From Raillietiella orientalis (taxonomy: Eukaryota): a DNA stretch of 64,000 nucleotides. A model generated the notes under the pieces. It was not told the DNA's origin. It did no database searches and saw only the letters and a program-made list of their open reading frames with translations. Shown piece after piece: positions 26,507 to 37,844 of the stretch. Numbering within the stretch: the stretch's first letter is position 1; each line of letters starts with the position of its first letter. The stretch is taken from positions 1,426,001-1,490,000 of the forward strand of contig JAYWIR010000026.1 in assembly GCA_036172245.1 (NCBI GenBank), written 5' to 3'. Both the position numbers and the translations under genes were made by a program.

Positions 26507-27498
26507 ATGGCGGAGTTGGACCTTCTGTGCAATTATAAGAAATGTCGGGCACGGCTGGTATCCACTGTGTGGATTACTGTGTGCTCCCATGTTTTCTGTG
26601 ATGAGCATGGCAGTCAGGAAATGGCCAAAGTGCCCACCAATTGTCCAGCTTGCCAGAGCTCCCTAAGTGGCAAATTTGATGTATCACGCAAGGATCTGAA
26701 TCCCTCTGAACATTGGAAAGCTGTAAGGTGCCTGCTGGCTGAAGTGCTTAGGCTCTGCATAGATGGTGCTTAGTGGTCTTCGTCCTGAGATCATCTTGGA
26801 CATTTGCCAAAGGGCCATCTCGTTTTGGATCTTCCAGATGCAGTCTCAGTGGAGCTATCAGGAACAAGTGGTGCAGCAATATAATGAACGTTTACTGCAA
26901 CTTGAGGATTACTATGAGCATTTGCTAGGAAAAGCACAGCTGGAAAGTAGTGCAATGAAACGTTTGCTGGAAGGTGGCACATTAGAGATTTCCTGGAACA
27001 ATAGTGTAGTTACCGTTTATAGCTGCCAAACATGAAAATGAGGAAAATCGACGAAAGAATGATGAGATGGCTGACAAGCTGCAGGAAAAAAGCCGCCAAT
27101 ATCAAAAGTTGCAGGTGAGCAAGTGTTGTTTGTTCATAGGAAAAGGACAGAAAGCTGTTGATAGGTGCTGAATAATTCATTGCGCTGTAAGCTGATTGCA
27201 CGTTCTGATCAGCCTAGATTTGTAGATGTGACACAGTTAGGAGCAGATGAATTGCAGTTCCCCCATGCTGTGTCTGGAACTAAAGCTCCTAAAGCTTCCA
27301 GTAGCACAGAATTTGGTAGGAACTGAAGGTCAACAATTCCTTAAACAGTGTTATCTTCTCCTCCTTGTAGATTTTCAGTTGTTTCCTTTTTCTTCTTCCG
27401 AGAACACTGCTACTTTGCTCCCATCCTCCACTTCCAAAGGTGAGAAACCATCTTATTAACCTTGACTCTCTCCTTTCTATTTCCATCTAGAAAATTAA
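26507..27498 (+). CDS. CCNB1IP1: E3 ubiquitin/SUMO ligase CCNB1IP1 (HEI10), ~248 aa, exons 26507-26722, 26763-26973, 27023-27114, 27165-27315, 27371-27439, 27491-27498 (alternative stop at 27459 if the last intron is retained)
   Basis: The N-terminal RING-like region LLCNYKKCR..WITVCSHVFCDEHG..CPACQSSLSGKFD, then L.PSE.WKAMVLSGLRPEIILDICQRAISFWIFQ and a coiled coil ending EKSRQYQKLQ, closely match vertebrate HEI10. Splice phases are consistent; the last two exons are less certain. Confidence 0.92.
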
Positions 27499-28449
27499 CA
27501 AAACTTATTTCCACCAACTTATTAGGCAGTTTTTCTTTAAATTTGCGAAATTTTTGGATGTTCTTAGAACGATTGTTTATTTGTACATCTTCTGTGAGCA
27601 TACTTTTGTTTGATCTTTCTGCCATAAGTAAGCAAGGTGGTCACATAATGTGCTGGATTGATCATGCTTTTGTAGATTAAGTTTACATTTATGACTAAAT
27701 AGAACATTGCATTTTAAGAATGCAAGTAACCACAAAGTATGCACGTATTATTGTTATTTTCCACTATGCTTCATTGGTAGTTTCTTCCTTAATTTTCACT
27801 TTTGCCCCTTATTGCGATCAAATTAATGTTTCTTGTTATCATTATTTTCTTCAGAATCACAATAGATCTGCAACTTTTCTTCCTGTGACATTTAAGAAAA
27901 ATTGAAAAACGATTTCACTGTATTTTTCCAAAATTCATGCAGTTACCAAATCCATCTAAGAATTTAGCCCCTGATACCACTTAAAGAATAAGAATAAATA
28001 AGTTCTAAAATCCAGGAAGCCGAATTCATTTTTTGTTTTTGCGTGCAAGTTGAGAGGACAGACCTCTCACTTCATCTCTGAATGCGTCAATCTTTGATGC
28101 ATTGTGGACACCACCATTGTCCATCATCATCGGAAATTTTCGAACAGTAAGTTGGCTGTTTATCCACGCCGATGCCTTCTGTCTCGAAAACCACTCCACC
28201 CAAATCGGATGTTTCCCCTCCCCCCCGTCTGATTGAGAAGTTGGATTCCAAAAACGTGGCTAGCAGGCTCACTTTCCGAGAAGGCACGTGTCGCAACATG
28301 GATCGTGGGCAGAAATGTCGGAATGTCTTTTAGTGGATCTCCCATGCGGATGCGATGTTAGCCGTGAGGAATACGTACGTCTGAAAGTGGTCCTCTTCTT
28401 GTAGGATCTCAAGCAAACCCGCTCTTCTCTCAAACAACTTACTTGGTTC

Positions 28450-29150
28450 AGTACTTTAAATCCGGAAGTGGAATAAAGGAACCAAGCTCCGATTTTCCTT
28501 CAGGCACACTGGAACTTTTGCACTCAGATGCTGCCAGTTCATTTCGAAAGACTCGAATGGGGATCGAACAACGAGTGTCCCATCGCCAATGCGAAATCTT
28601 CTGGCCCTAGGAACACGTAACCTAGCTGAATCTGTGGATGGGGGATCCGGACCAGCGATTAGATCTCATGCTTTCATGGAATGAGTTGTAGTTGATGTAA
28701 GTAATTTGATGGTTTGCAAATAAAGAACCGGAAGCGCTGTGAAGGATGGCGTGTTTAGCGGTTCGGTTTCCGGATTGCACGCCACAGCTCGTCCGTCGGA
28801 CAAAGCATCTTCCGCCGATAGGGATACGGGATTTGCTATAGGGATATAATATTAAGTGAACACTGGGTTGGTGTACCTTGCAGGAACGAGGGAACGTAAA
28901 TATACGGTGAAGAATAAGTCGCGCGCAACTTTTGCTGTGAAGAACTTCAGTTTCATACCAAGTGGGGTGTGTAGAGGGAAAAGTGGGGTGCCTTGTTCTC
29001 TTGTTTCCTTGGAAGCAAAACAGAACATGACCCGACGGAGATCCGACCACGCGAGAGAGGTGTAAAGCACGTCTTCGTGTCTGTTGCTTTCCGTACCAAG
29101 AAGACGAATTTCGATTTTCCTGCCATGTGCAGTCCCCTGCGCCAATATCT
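28450..29150 (-). pseudogene. Possible decayed divergent ionotropic (glutamate-receptor-like, IR) chemoreceptor gene
   Basis: Across stops and frameshifts it reads EQGTPLFPLHTPLGMKLKFF (pore-like QG..P), FFTVYLRSLVPARYTNPVFT*YYIPIANPVSLSAEDAL (M3/S2-like Y...SAEDL) and YVFLGPEDFALAMG. The motif order fits IRs but similarity is weak. Confidence 0.25.
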
Positions 29151-31311
29151 ATCTTTGCGAGGTCCTGACTGAATGCTTGGTCAGTAGGAGCTTGATTTGC
29201 TCCGCTACAGGCGTTTGAGACTATATCGAAGAGTTCGATGCGCCTGATGAAAGAACGTTGTAGGGAACAAGCACGTAAACAAAACTGGTTTGGAATGGAT
29301 ATGTACAAATGCTGACGGGAATGCCCGAGCGAGTGCCCCATCTATGAATGTCTGAGAAAGGAAACGCTAAGGAGAAGCTTCTCGTTTTGGTTTTTGCACA
29401 TGGAGGGACCCTGCCCTTCTGCTTTCCAAGAAATGTTGTCCTTCAGATGTTATTACTAGAGATCTAGGGAGAATCTGCACGTCACCTCGAGGAATTTTCC
29501 CGACGTCCCTACTGTTGCAGGAAGATCCCTCGCAACCGATGGAGTCATCTGTGCGCTCTTGCAGTTTTCTTACCCCTTCCAGAGAGGGGAATCCTCTTCC
29601 ACGGCGCATCTGCGGAGTAACCGTAGGGGGATCTTGTTCACGGATTCGCAGATTCATTGCCTTGGGAGTAGGTTGTTGTTCAGGTTGCGATTCAAGTTTG
29701 GAAGCCCAAGATTTGCAGCAGCACCTTTGGGATTCCGAGCTGTCCTTGCACTGAGTTCCCGTGAACCTTATGGCGGTTCACGCATGTGGCAAACTCTTCC
29801 ACGCGAGTCATCCTCTGATTGGCTGTCCTCTGCTTTTTCCGAACGGCGGTCACAATGTGGCGTGCTTATTTCAAGTGGACATGGTGAGTGATTAGACGGA
29901 TCCATTCGTCGCTAGGTTTCCTTTGATTATTCGATTTTCCTTTGCTTATGATTTCTGACTCTCCTCATTTCGCTCCGTTGCGCCTCTTTCCCAATCACCA
30001 GATGGACCCGACCTGCTTTTTTTCTGTCTAGCGCGGTGCCGCGAAGACCGCGGGAAAATTTGCATTGGTCATCACTTCCCCCATCTCTTTTGCGCTGGTG
30101 CTCGTGTTTCTGTCCTTGCAAAGGATCCTGGCCGCGGATTTCCACTTTCGGAAGGCGTGTCCCTGTCGCAAGACACGTTCTGCTCGCTCATTGAACCAGC
30201 AATTATGTGCCACATTCACACGACTGCGTCTCTTTTTACGGTTGTAAATTCTTTGAGGAGCAAATAGGAACCGTTGGAATTCCTACTTCTGGGGTCCAAA
30301 GTGAGTCTCGGGAAATTTTCATAGTCTCCATCATTTGGTGGATCCATCGTTGGTGGGCGTGCAGCTATTTTCTTGGGTCTGTCGGCGGCGATGTTTCGTT
30401 GTGCATCAATCCGGTGTCAAGCCGGGCGATTCCCTGATGCACGTGTGTGTGTGATGGGCGTAGTTGGGCAGGCTGAGTCATCAACATGAGCCGAAGCTAC
30501 TGAAAATGATAAATGTGGGCGAGGGTGTGGGTACATTGTACTGCTGCGAGCACCTTTTCTCTCTCTCTCTCTCTTTTTTGTTGGGGACGGAGGAGGAGGG
30601 GTGAAGCCTCTTCTTGTTCTGTCCAGTCCACTATTCGCATCGCGCCTTTTTTCCACGGCTCTTTTCTCAGGAACTGTTCCCAGATCTGCTGACTCACGCA
30701 GCCTTCACCCAGGCTGTCCCTACCTTTAATCGAGCGTGGATGGCCGCCCGACTGCCCTTGCTGGTCTTCTGTCTTCTTTCCGGTCATCTCTCCGTAGAAT
30801 TGATTCCCCCTTGCGTTTAGCGCGCGGCAGCGGGTTGATTGTCTTCGCTTTCCGTTTGCGGGAAGGCGTGGGCTGCTGTGCCTTTGATAAGGGAGGACCG
30901 CTCCGTGTGAAGAAGACGTTTCGCGAGCAACCGAAACCTCCCAGCGAAAGGCGAGCCTTCTCATCACAGATTCTGCGGTTGCCTGCGGGGCCGGAAGAGC
31001 TCCTCGTGCCCCGTCTGGTAAAGAGGATTCACCGCTTGGGGCGAAGAAGACGTCACCGCCCTCTTGGACCTCCTTTCCAGCTGCGCATCAGCCAAGCTTC
31101 CAAGCGAGGGACGATGGAATGAGGAGGATGGGGAGTAGGGCCCGCTCACGCGTGCGCGAGTCAGCAGTAGAGTGTTGATTCACCGGAAAAGTCCACAATC
31201 GTTGGTTCCTGGGACGGCGGTAACTCCAGTGCACCGGCTCCTGAGGGAGACCACGGTCGGGAAGGAATCGATCTGATGCGGATGGGAAGGCTCCTGCCGG
31301 CAGCCTGGTTT

Positions 31312-32185
31312 ATCACCTGGTCACGCCGGGACGTTTATTATAAAAAATAATAAACATTCAGGTGTAGGGCCATCGGTCCTGCATTGTCCGAATATGCTGG
31401 GAACCTGCCGAGTGACCGGAACGTGGGCCGGGGAGGTTCGCCTCGGCAGCGGAGGGGGAGGGGACACATAAAAATAAAAATAAATACAAGTCAATAATAA
31501 AAAAGAAAACTCTGGGGAGGCACGGGAAGGGATTACTATCCCCTGGGGGTCATCCTCTGCATCCTTTCCAGGATGCCGACAAGTTCCATCCGAGTATGTC
31601 CCAGAAGGGACCGTCATGCTGCCGTCTGCAGGAAGCGCAAGGAGAAGCAGATGGCGTCCCTATTGCGCCGTCCATCTCTTGTGTACTCCATGCAGCATTC
31701 ATTGTAGGCAGCAGCAAAGAGCTGCCAAGGCTGCAGCAGGCGAAAGGGCATCGCACACGAAGAGGTGCTTTAATACGTCCCTGGAGTGATCCGTTTATGC
31801 ACCAAGGGCCGTTGCGAATGGCAACCACAGGGGCCAGAGGGCAACACAGTTCACAAGCAGGTGTGGGTGCTGGGATTTCCTCTCCCCGTAACTGCAGCAG
31901 TTTGCGTCCACAGCCCCCCGGGTTCAGTGAGACCGGCGGGCTTTGCAAGGAAGACCCTAGTGCAACAGCAGAAGTGCCGACTCCTGCCACTTCATGGGGA
32001 GGGCTCGGTTTCTCTTCAGCGCTGGGGGCCACTGGAAGTCTTCCTGTAGGATTCCCAGCAACTCACTCCAGCGCAATAGTCCTTTCGGTGGGACCCTCGG
32101 GGTCGCAGCATCCGTGAGCTGACCTGTGGTCCAACCACCCTTCCCTTTGCTCTTTCATCGATCTCACATCGGACCTCCCATTTGG
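31312..32185 (-). mobile_element. 5'-truncated copy (A) of the L1/Tx1-type LINE family (ORF2 C-terminus + structured 3' UTR)
   Basis: Its reverse complement aligns by eye with 39805-40660 (e.g. GGTTGGACCAC.G..CAGCT, AAAGGACT.TTGCGCTGG, GGCATCCTGGAAAGGATG). It ends AATAAACGTCCCGGCGTGACCAGGTG. Confidence 0.88.
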
Positions 32186-35100
32186 AGAGCTGCCTGATTG
32201 GAAGGGGCGCTGCCGCCGCGTTGGCGGGCCCGCGCGAGCGGCCAGGGAGCTGGTGGAGGCCCGTCCTCCTTCAGCTGGAGACTCCTGTCGCTCGCCACGC
32301 GGCAGCTGGGGACGGGGTGCACCTGGCGCGGCGGCGCACTGCGCTCGACTCATTCCCTTCTCGTCTTCTAGCGTCCCCCCCCTCCCTCCCTTCTCGTCTT
32401 CCTGTCCTCGTGCGCACCCGAATTTCCGCGCTGCGCTCTTGCGGAGTCGATGCCCACCAGCCCGTGCGTGTGCGGAGGGCAGGAGGAGGAGAGGGGGAGG
32501 AGTCCGAGGTGCCGAGGCGCGCGCTCGTCCAGTCATCCACCCATCCTCGCTACCGGAACGTAAAGAAAGAGGCGACTGATTGCTGGAAAGCGGACGTCCT
32601 CGCAAAAACAAACAGGCGCTTGGAGATTTTTCTCGAAGCCGCCGCGATGGCGACAGCTCGCGGAGGGAAAAGAAAGAAGCAAAAGCTCTGTCACGAGCGG
32701 TCTCGGATCCGTGGTGGTGGTCCCGGTCCAAAGATAATCGGAGGATCAAAGCCCCGTGATAAATCCAGAAGCAACCGGCAACGGAAGTCTCCATCCATCC
32801 ACCAGGCGGTCCGAGCAGTGAAATCCCCATCGTCGGAATCGTTGCTCATCCGGAGAAGGAAGGCCGAGGAATTCCCGGAATTCCACGGGGAGGGGGGGGG
32901 GCTTATCGATAACAACGGACCTCCTGCTATCACCTCGCGCGGAAACGGAGGCAGGGTCTTTGCTTTCCACCAGCCTTCGGCAGGGAGTCGATGGTCCGGC
33001 CCGCTGCTCTTGGACCGGAGGAAGTGCACTCTGAGCCCGGGAGCCTGAGCTGGAAAGGGGGGAGGGAGAATCGCCGCCAACCGACCCTTTTCTTGTGTGC
33101 GCGACCGTGGAGGACCCATCATCGCGAGCCAGCGGCGGCGCGATCGGGTTGCGGGAGCGGTGCTGCTCGCCGAGGCTCGTCCGCGGTCCGTTCGAGGTTG
33201 GCCCCTGCGAAGGAGGAGGGCGACACCCCCGTGGTCCTCCTCCTTCCCCTGTGCGCGACCGAGTGGTCCCTCCGCATTCTCCCTCCCCCCCGCTCTCCTC
33301 CTCTTACCACGTAGCGTCGTCGTCGTGGACCTCGAAAGACCTCGTCGTCTCCGAGGGCCGGAGGGAGAGTGAGCGAGCGGAGCGTTCAACCATGTAGTCA
33401 CCCGCGCGGCACCGTCTCGAATCCCCCCCTCCCCGCTTTCTTTCGCCTCGCTGCCAGCTCTCGCGGCTTCCGTGCCTCGTTCCCAGCGCCTGCCAGACCT
33501 CCCAGCAGAAGAGTGGCCGCCGCGGGGGGGCGAGTGGACCAGAGAGGGGGAGCGAAAGTCCCGGTCTCGACCCGGAAACCGCGGGTCCCCCGTTGTTCCG
33601 AGAGCTCTCGCGCGAGCACGCAGATCAGCTAGGAGCTGCGCAGACCCACTTTGATCCGCATCGCGAACGCGCCGAGGCGACCCACGCCGCCCTAACGGTG
33701 CTTATGCGCGCGGCGTGCGGAACTGGAGCGCCGCTTCCACAGAGCTCCGGGAAGGCGAGGGCTGAGTCAAGGTCCCCCCTCCGGACTCGGGCCAAGTGGG
33801 GGCCTCAGAGCACAGCTGGCTGGAGTTTGCAAGTGCCGGGTGCCTTCTTCTGCCACCGGTCCAGCCCGGCCTGCTGCCCAAGCACCCTCCCTTCCTCCTC
33901 CCAGCCGCGACGTCTGGTGCGATGTCCGGCGGGCAGGCACTCGATCAGAAACAACAAAAGACGCATCTCTCCGACTGATGCCGGCGTCGCCGCCTCGAAG
34001 AATGGAAGTCACCTCTTCCGTTGTGTCACCCGCTACACGACGTCCCTGAAAAAGAAAAGAAAAGAAAGCCGCGGCACCAGCAAGTTCAGCACGAAAGGGA
34101 CATCGGCATGGACGCGACGGATTCCTCTGAATGCATCGAACAAAGGGGGGAGAGGACAAGGAGGGAAGGTGGCGCTAGTGAAGCGAGCCATTGTTCTAGT
34201 CGAAAACGAGGAGTGACTATCGGATCGCTCACAGCGGAGGAGGGAGGGAAAGGAAAAAAAAAAGTGCCTCCTGATATGGGCGTCTAATAAGAGATCAAGG
34301 TTACTGATAAAGATGCTCCGAAAAGGAGTACCGTTGCGCGCATGGGAGCGCGCGGCTCCAGCGCTTGGTTTTCGTCCCGCCGACTCGACCCGTATCGAGG
34401 AAGGCTGAGAGGGGATGCGGGGACCAGTCGGTGCAGCAGAGGGTAGGAGGAAAAGGGAGGGGGGAAGGGGGAGGGGAAAAACGGGAAGCGCCGCGCACGC
34501 GTTCCTCGAAGGGGGTGGTTGTCCTGGGAACCCGCGAGCTGGACACGCTGGAAGAAGTTTTTTCCCAAGGACCGGGTGCCCCACGGGGCACGAGAGGCAC
34601 CAGAAAGACTCGCCGACACACACGCGAAGGGCAATCGACTCAACCCCCTCCTTCCCTTTTCTGTTTTTCCTTCAGTTTGGCAGGGGACGTGGGGCGAGTC
34701 TTCATGTCGAAGAAGATCATCGACCCTTTCCTTACATCGCGCCGGGGTTTCGAGCTCGCCACGAGGACCATTGGAAGGGAAAGAGAGGAAGGAAGCCGTC
34801 AGCAGCTTCTCAGAGCAGGTGGATACCATTGGTTCCTAGCCGGTGGTGGCGCCACTGCACCGACTCCGAGACGAGAAACCTAGGTGGGCCTCCGCGTGCG
34901 CGAATCTGTTATGTGAGGTGCTGCTCGAGGGCTTTCGCCACCGCCTTTTATGCCGACACAGTTCGTGACCTCCCGGGCCGAGCAGAAGGGACTCTCCGAC
35001 GGGTTCCCTGAGTCAAATGAAGACCCCGAAAGTCCGCTCTGGAAGAGGAGGATGTGGGTAGGGGGTAGGGAAAGCGTCCGACGAATCTCCCTTTGTGCCC

Positions 35101-35326
35101 AGGGAGCTCTGCGACCCAGCCTCGTCGGTGCTGAGCCAGCTCTTGAGACAAGACGTGGTCGCCGTCCGTTCGTTCATACCCTTCGCGGCGCAGGGGTCCC
35201 CCCGGCGCCTGCTCGGCGTCGCTCGCAGGAATGCCGTGGGCGGACCGCTCTCCACGCGCTGGCATCCCCCCCCCCCTTCCCAACACCGAAACCTTGGTTT
35301 CGGAAGACATGGCGCTAAGCAATGCT

Positions 35327-35368
35327 TGTAGGGAGTGCTATAAGGAAGGGCATTCGAGGAGGACATGT
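35327..35368 (+). mobile_element. Gag-like CCHC zinc knuckle (LINE ORF1 remnant)
   Basis: CRECYKEGHSRRTC = C-X2-C-X4-H-X4-C, on the same strand as and upstream of the RT at 37.8-39.2 kb. Confidence 0.6.
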
Positions 35369-36859
35369 GGTCGGGGACTCCAGGGAGCAGAGGAATGCAC
35401 TGCAGGAGGAGTTGCGAAGCGGTGAGGAGGAAGAGGAGGAGGACACCAGGGGGCGCTTCAAGCCCCTGACTTCGGGAGATGCCACTGCACGCAATCCATC
35501 TGCGGCTTCGAACTACGCAGACTCACGGAGGTGCAAGGTGGTCCAGGAAGGAAGGGGGGAGGGGGAAGACTCAAGACTGAAACCAGGAAGCCTTCCTCTT
35601 CCCCATCTGCCGTTTTTTTTTATTTTCTCACCGGCATTCCGGGCAGGATGCCGGAGGAACTCTGCGCCAGCGGCGGCGGAGCAGACGGTGGCATACTCTC
35701 CAGTGCGAACACGAGTCACCGTTCTCCCCGCGGGCGGACACGTGGAAAGCGCGTGCGCGCGCTCCGAGGGATGGACGTCTGCGGCTGAACCGGGAGGGGG
35801 GCAAGGAAGAGTCGATCCGGATATTCGAAGTGGTCAGCAGGAACTCCGCGAGCCGGAGTGTGGCGAACGGTGTAGCGCTCCTTTTTCCTGCCATCGCGCG
35901 CGCTCCCGGACGCCCCGTCGTCCGCGTCCGCGTCCCAGGCGCCAGGCGACGCGCTCTCGCGCGCTTCCTTTCAGCATTCCTCTTCCCTTTTCCTGTCTGC
36001 TGACTCGCGCGTACGATCCCCCCTTCTTCCCCACGCCTTTCCACAGGAGGCGAAGAGAGTTCTCTCCGCTCGGTAGCTCTGCTGCATCGCTGGCTGTGGG
36101 TGATGTCGGGGGCGGGTGGGGAGGAGCCCAGCCGACTCTGGGCGGAGTTCGGCGAGGGGAAGGAAAAGCAAAGGGCGGGCACGGGAGGGCTGAGAATGCG
36201 ACCTAGAGACACCCGGGGCGATCTGCTACCCACACCAGAGAGAAGTCGTGAGCGCGGAGGCTGGAGAGAAAGACCCCGTAGCAGGGAATGGCAGGAGGGA
36301 CGCAGCGAGCGCAGGGGTGGATCGACCGCTTCCCTCCGGAAAGCGTTTGCCCGCGTCGCGCGCAAGGATGGCCTTGGATTGAGAAAAGCGAGGTGCCTTT
36401 CGTTCCCATGGGAACATCCGCGCTTGCAGCCGGATGCGGCTCGGAAAGGAAGCACTCCCGTGCCAGCCCTCGAGGCTCCGGAGACCTCCCCGAAAGAAGC
36501 GTAGGTGGCGCACTCTGCTCACCCGGTGGGCGCGTCCCGGCGAGTCCTGTGCGCGCGCGAACGAGAACGCGCCGGTTCCCGAAAGCCTCCCGGTTCGTCT
36601 CCCGAAGTTTCACAAGCGGAAGGAGGAAGCGTCAGGTCGAGGGAGCGGTAGGCGGGATGCTTTGCGGGAACAGACGAAGACCGCTCTTTGACCTCTCAGA
36701 GGATGCAGCATACGTCTGAGGGCCAGCAGCAGCCTGCTGGCACTTTTCGCAGTCGGGTGCTCCTCGCATCCCAGCTGCCGCCTCCGGCTACTGTGTGGCG
36801 GTCCTAGGAGCCAGCAGGGACAGGAACACGCCTGTCAGACGAGCACGGCAAAGGACCAG

Positions 36860-37763
36860 AAGCGACCTCTTGGGGCACCACGGACAGCGGTGTACGCGCC
36901 GCCTTCCGGATTCGACCTCCCCCCCCGAGAGCAGCCGCGATGCCTTACTGAGTGGATCATCGAGCGTGCTTGGAGGTCGCGCGACCGCACGAAGACCTCC
37001 CGCCGCCTCTCCATCCGGATGGAGGGATGCCCGAGGAAGGTCAAAAGAAAGCCAATGGCCACGGTCCGCGTCGAACGGACATGGGGAGGTTCGGGACTCA
37101 CCTGGCCCTCGGGAACGCCTCCCTCTCCCCCGGCCGAATCCGTCAGAGGAGAAAAGAAACTTCTAGCCAAAGACGTCGGCGGGAGCCTGCAAGAAGCCTT
37201 CCGGCAGAACCGGAAAGAAGGCAGGAAGCGCGCGAACAGGGGGAGCGATCCCCCGCGGCAGTCGACTGCGGCGAGACGAGAGCGACAGAGGGGGGGGAGG
37301 AAGCGCCGCCGCTGCAAGGCGCTCTCAGCAGTGACGCTTATGACCGAGGACGTCGCCGGTCTCAGACGGATCGCCCCACTTGCGGGGCGCACGCGCCGCG
37401 CGAGTGACTGCGAGAGCGAGGGGCGGCGATGTCAGAGTGACGGGAGGCCTTGCTCCGCATCCCTCCTTCCATCGGCAGGGCTGCGGGGTGGGAGCTCTCC
37501 TTCGAAAGCACGGTTTCCAAGCCCCCTTCCCCCTTCCCTCTCCTTCCCTTCCCCTCTCTGCCTTCACGCGCCCCGTCCCCGAGGCACACCCTCCTAGCTC
37601 GACTGGCTCGGCGGCAGACGACGCCGGTCACACTCTGTAAAGCCGCCAACTGGAGCGCGTCCCGCAAACGCCTGCCTCGGGGATCAACGCGGGGTGGCGA
37701 CCGGAGTCTGGGCTCGGAGGCGTCTCCGGGACGGCTTCGCTGCACCCTCGCCGCTCACCCCTA
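36860..37763 (+). mobile_element. Decayed LINE AP-endonuclease-like segment (includes the left arm of the 0.5-kb inverted repeat)
   Basis: Weak APE-like echoes: AVYAPP, DVRVTGGLA...WEL, and a post-endonuclease LCKAANW. Heavily frameshifted. Confidence 0.35.
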
Positions 37764-37844
37764 TCGGCGCGACGCCCAGCGCTCGCGCCGGCGCGTCCCA
37801 CGCGAAGAACGAAGCCGCCCACAGCCCCCTGCTGGAAGGTGAGG

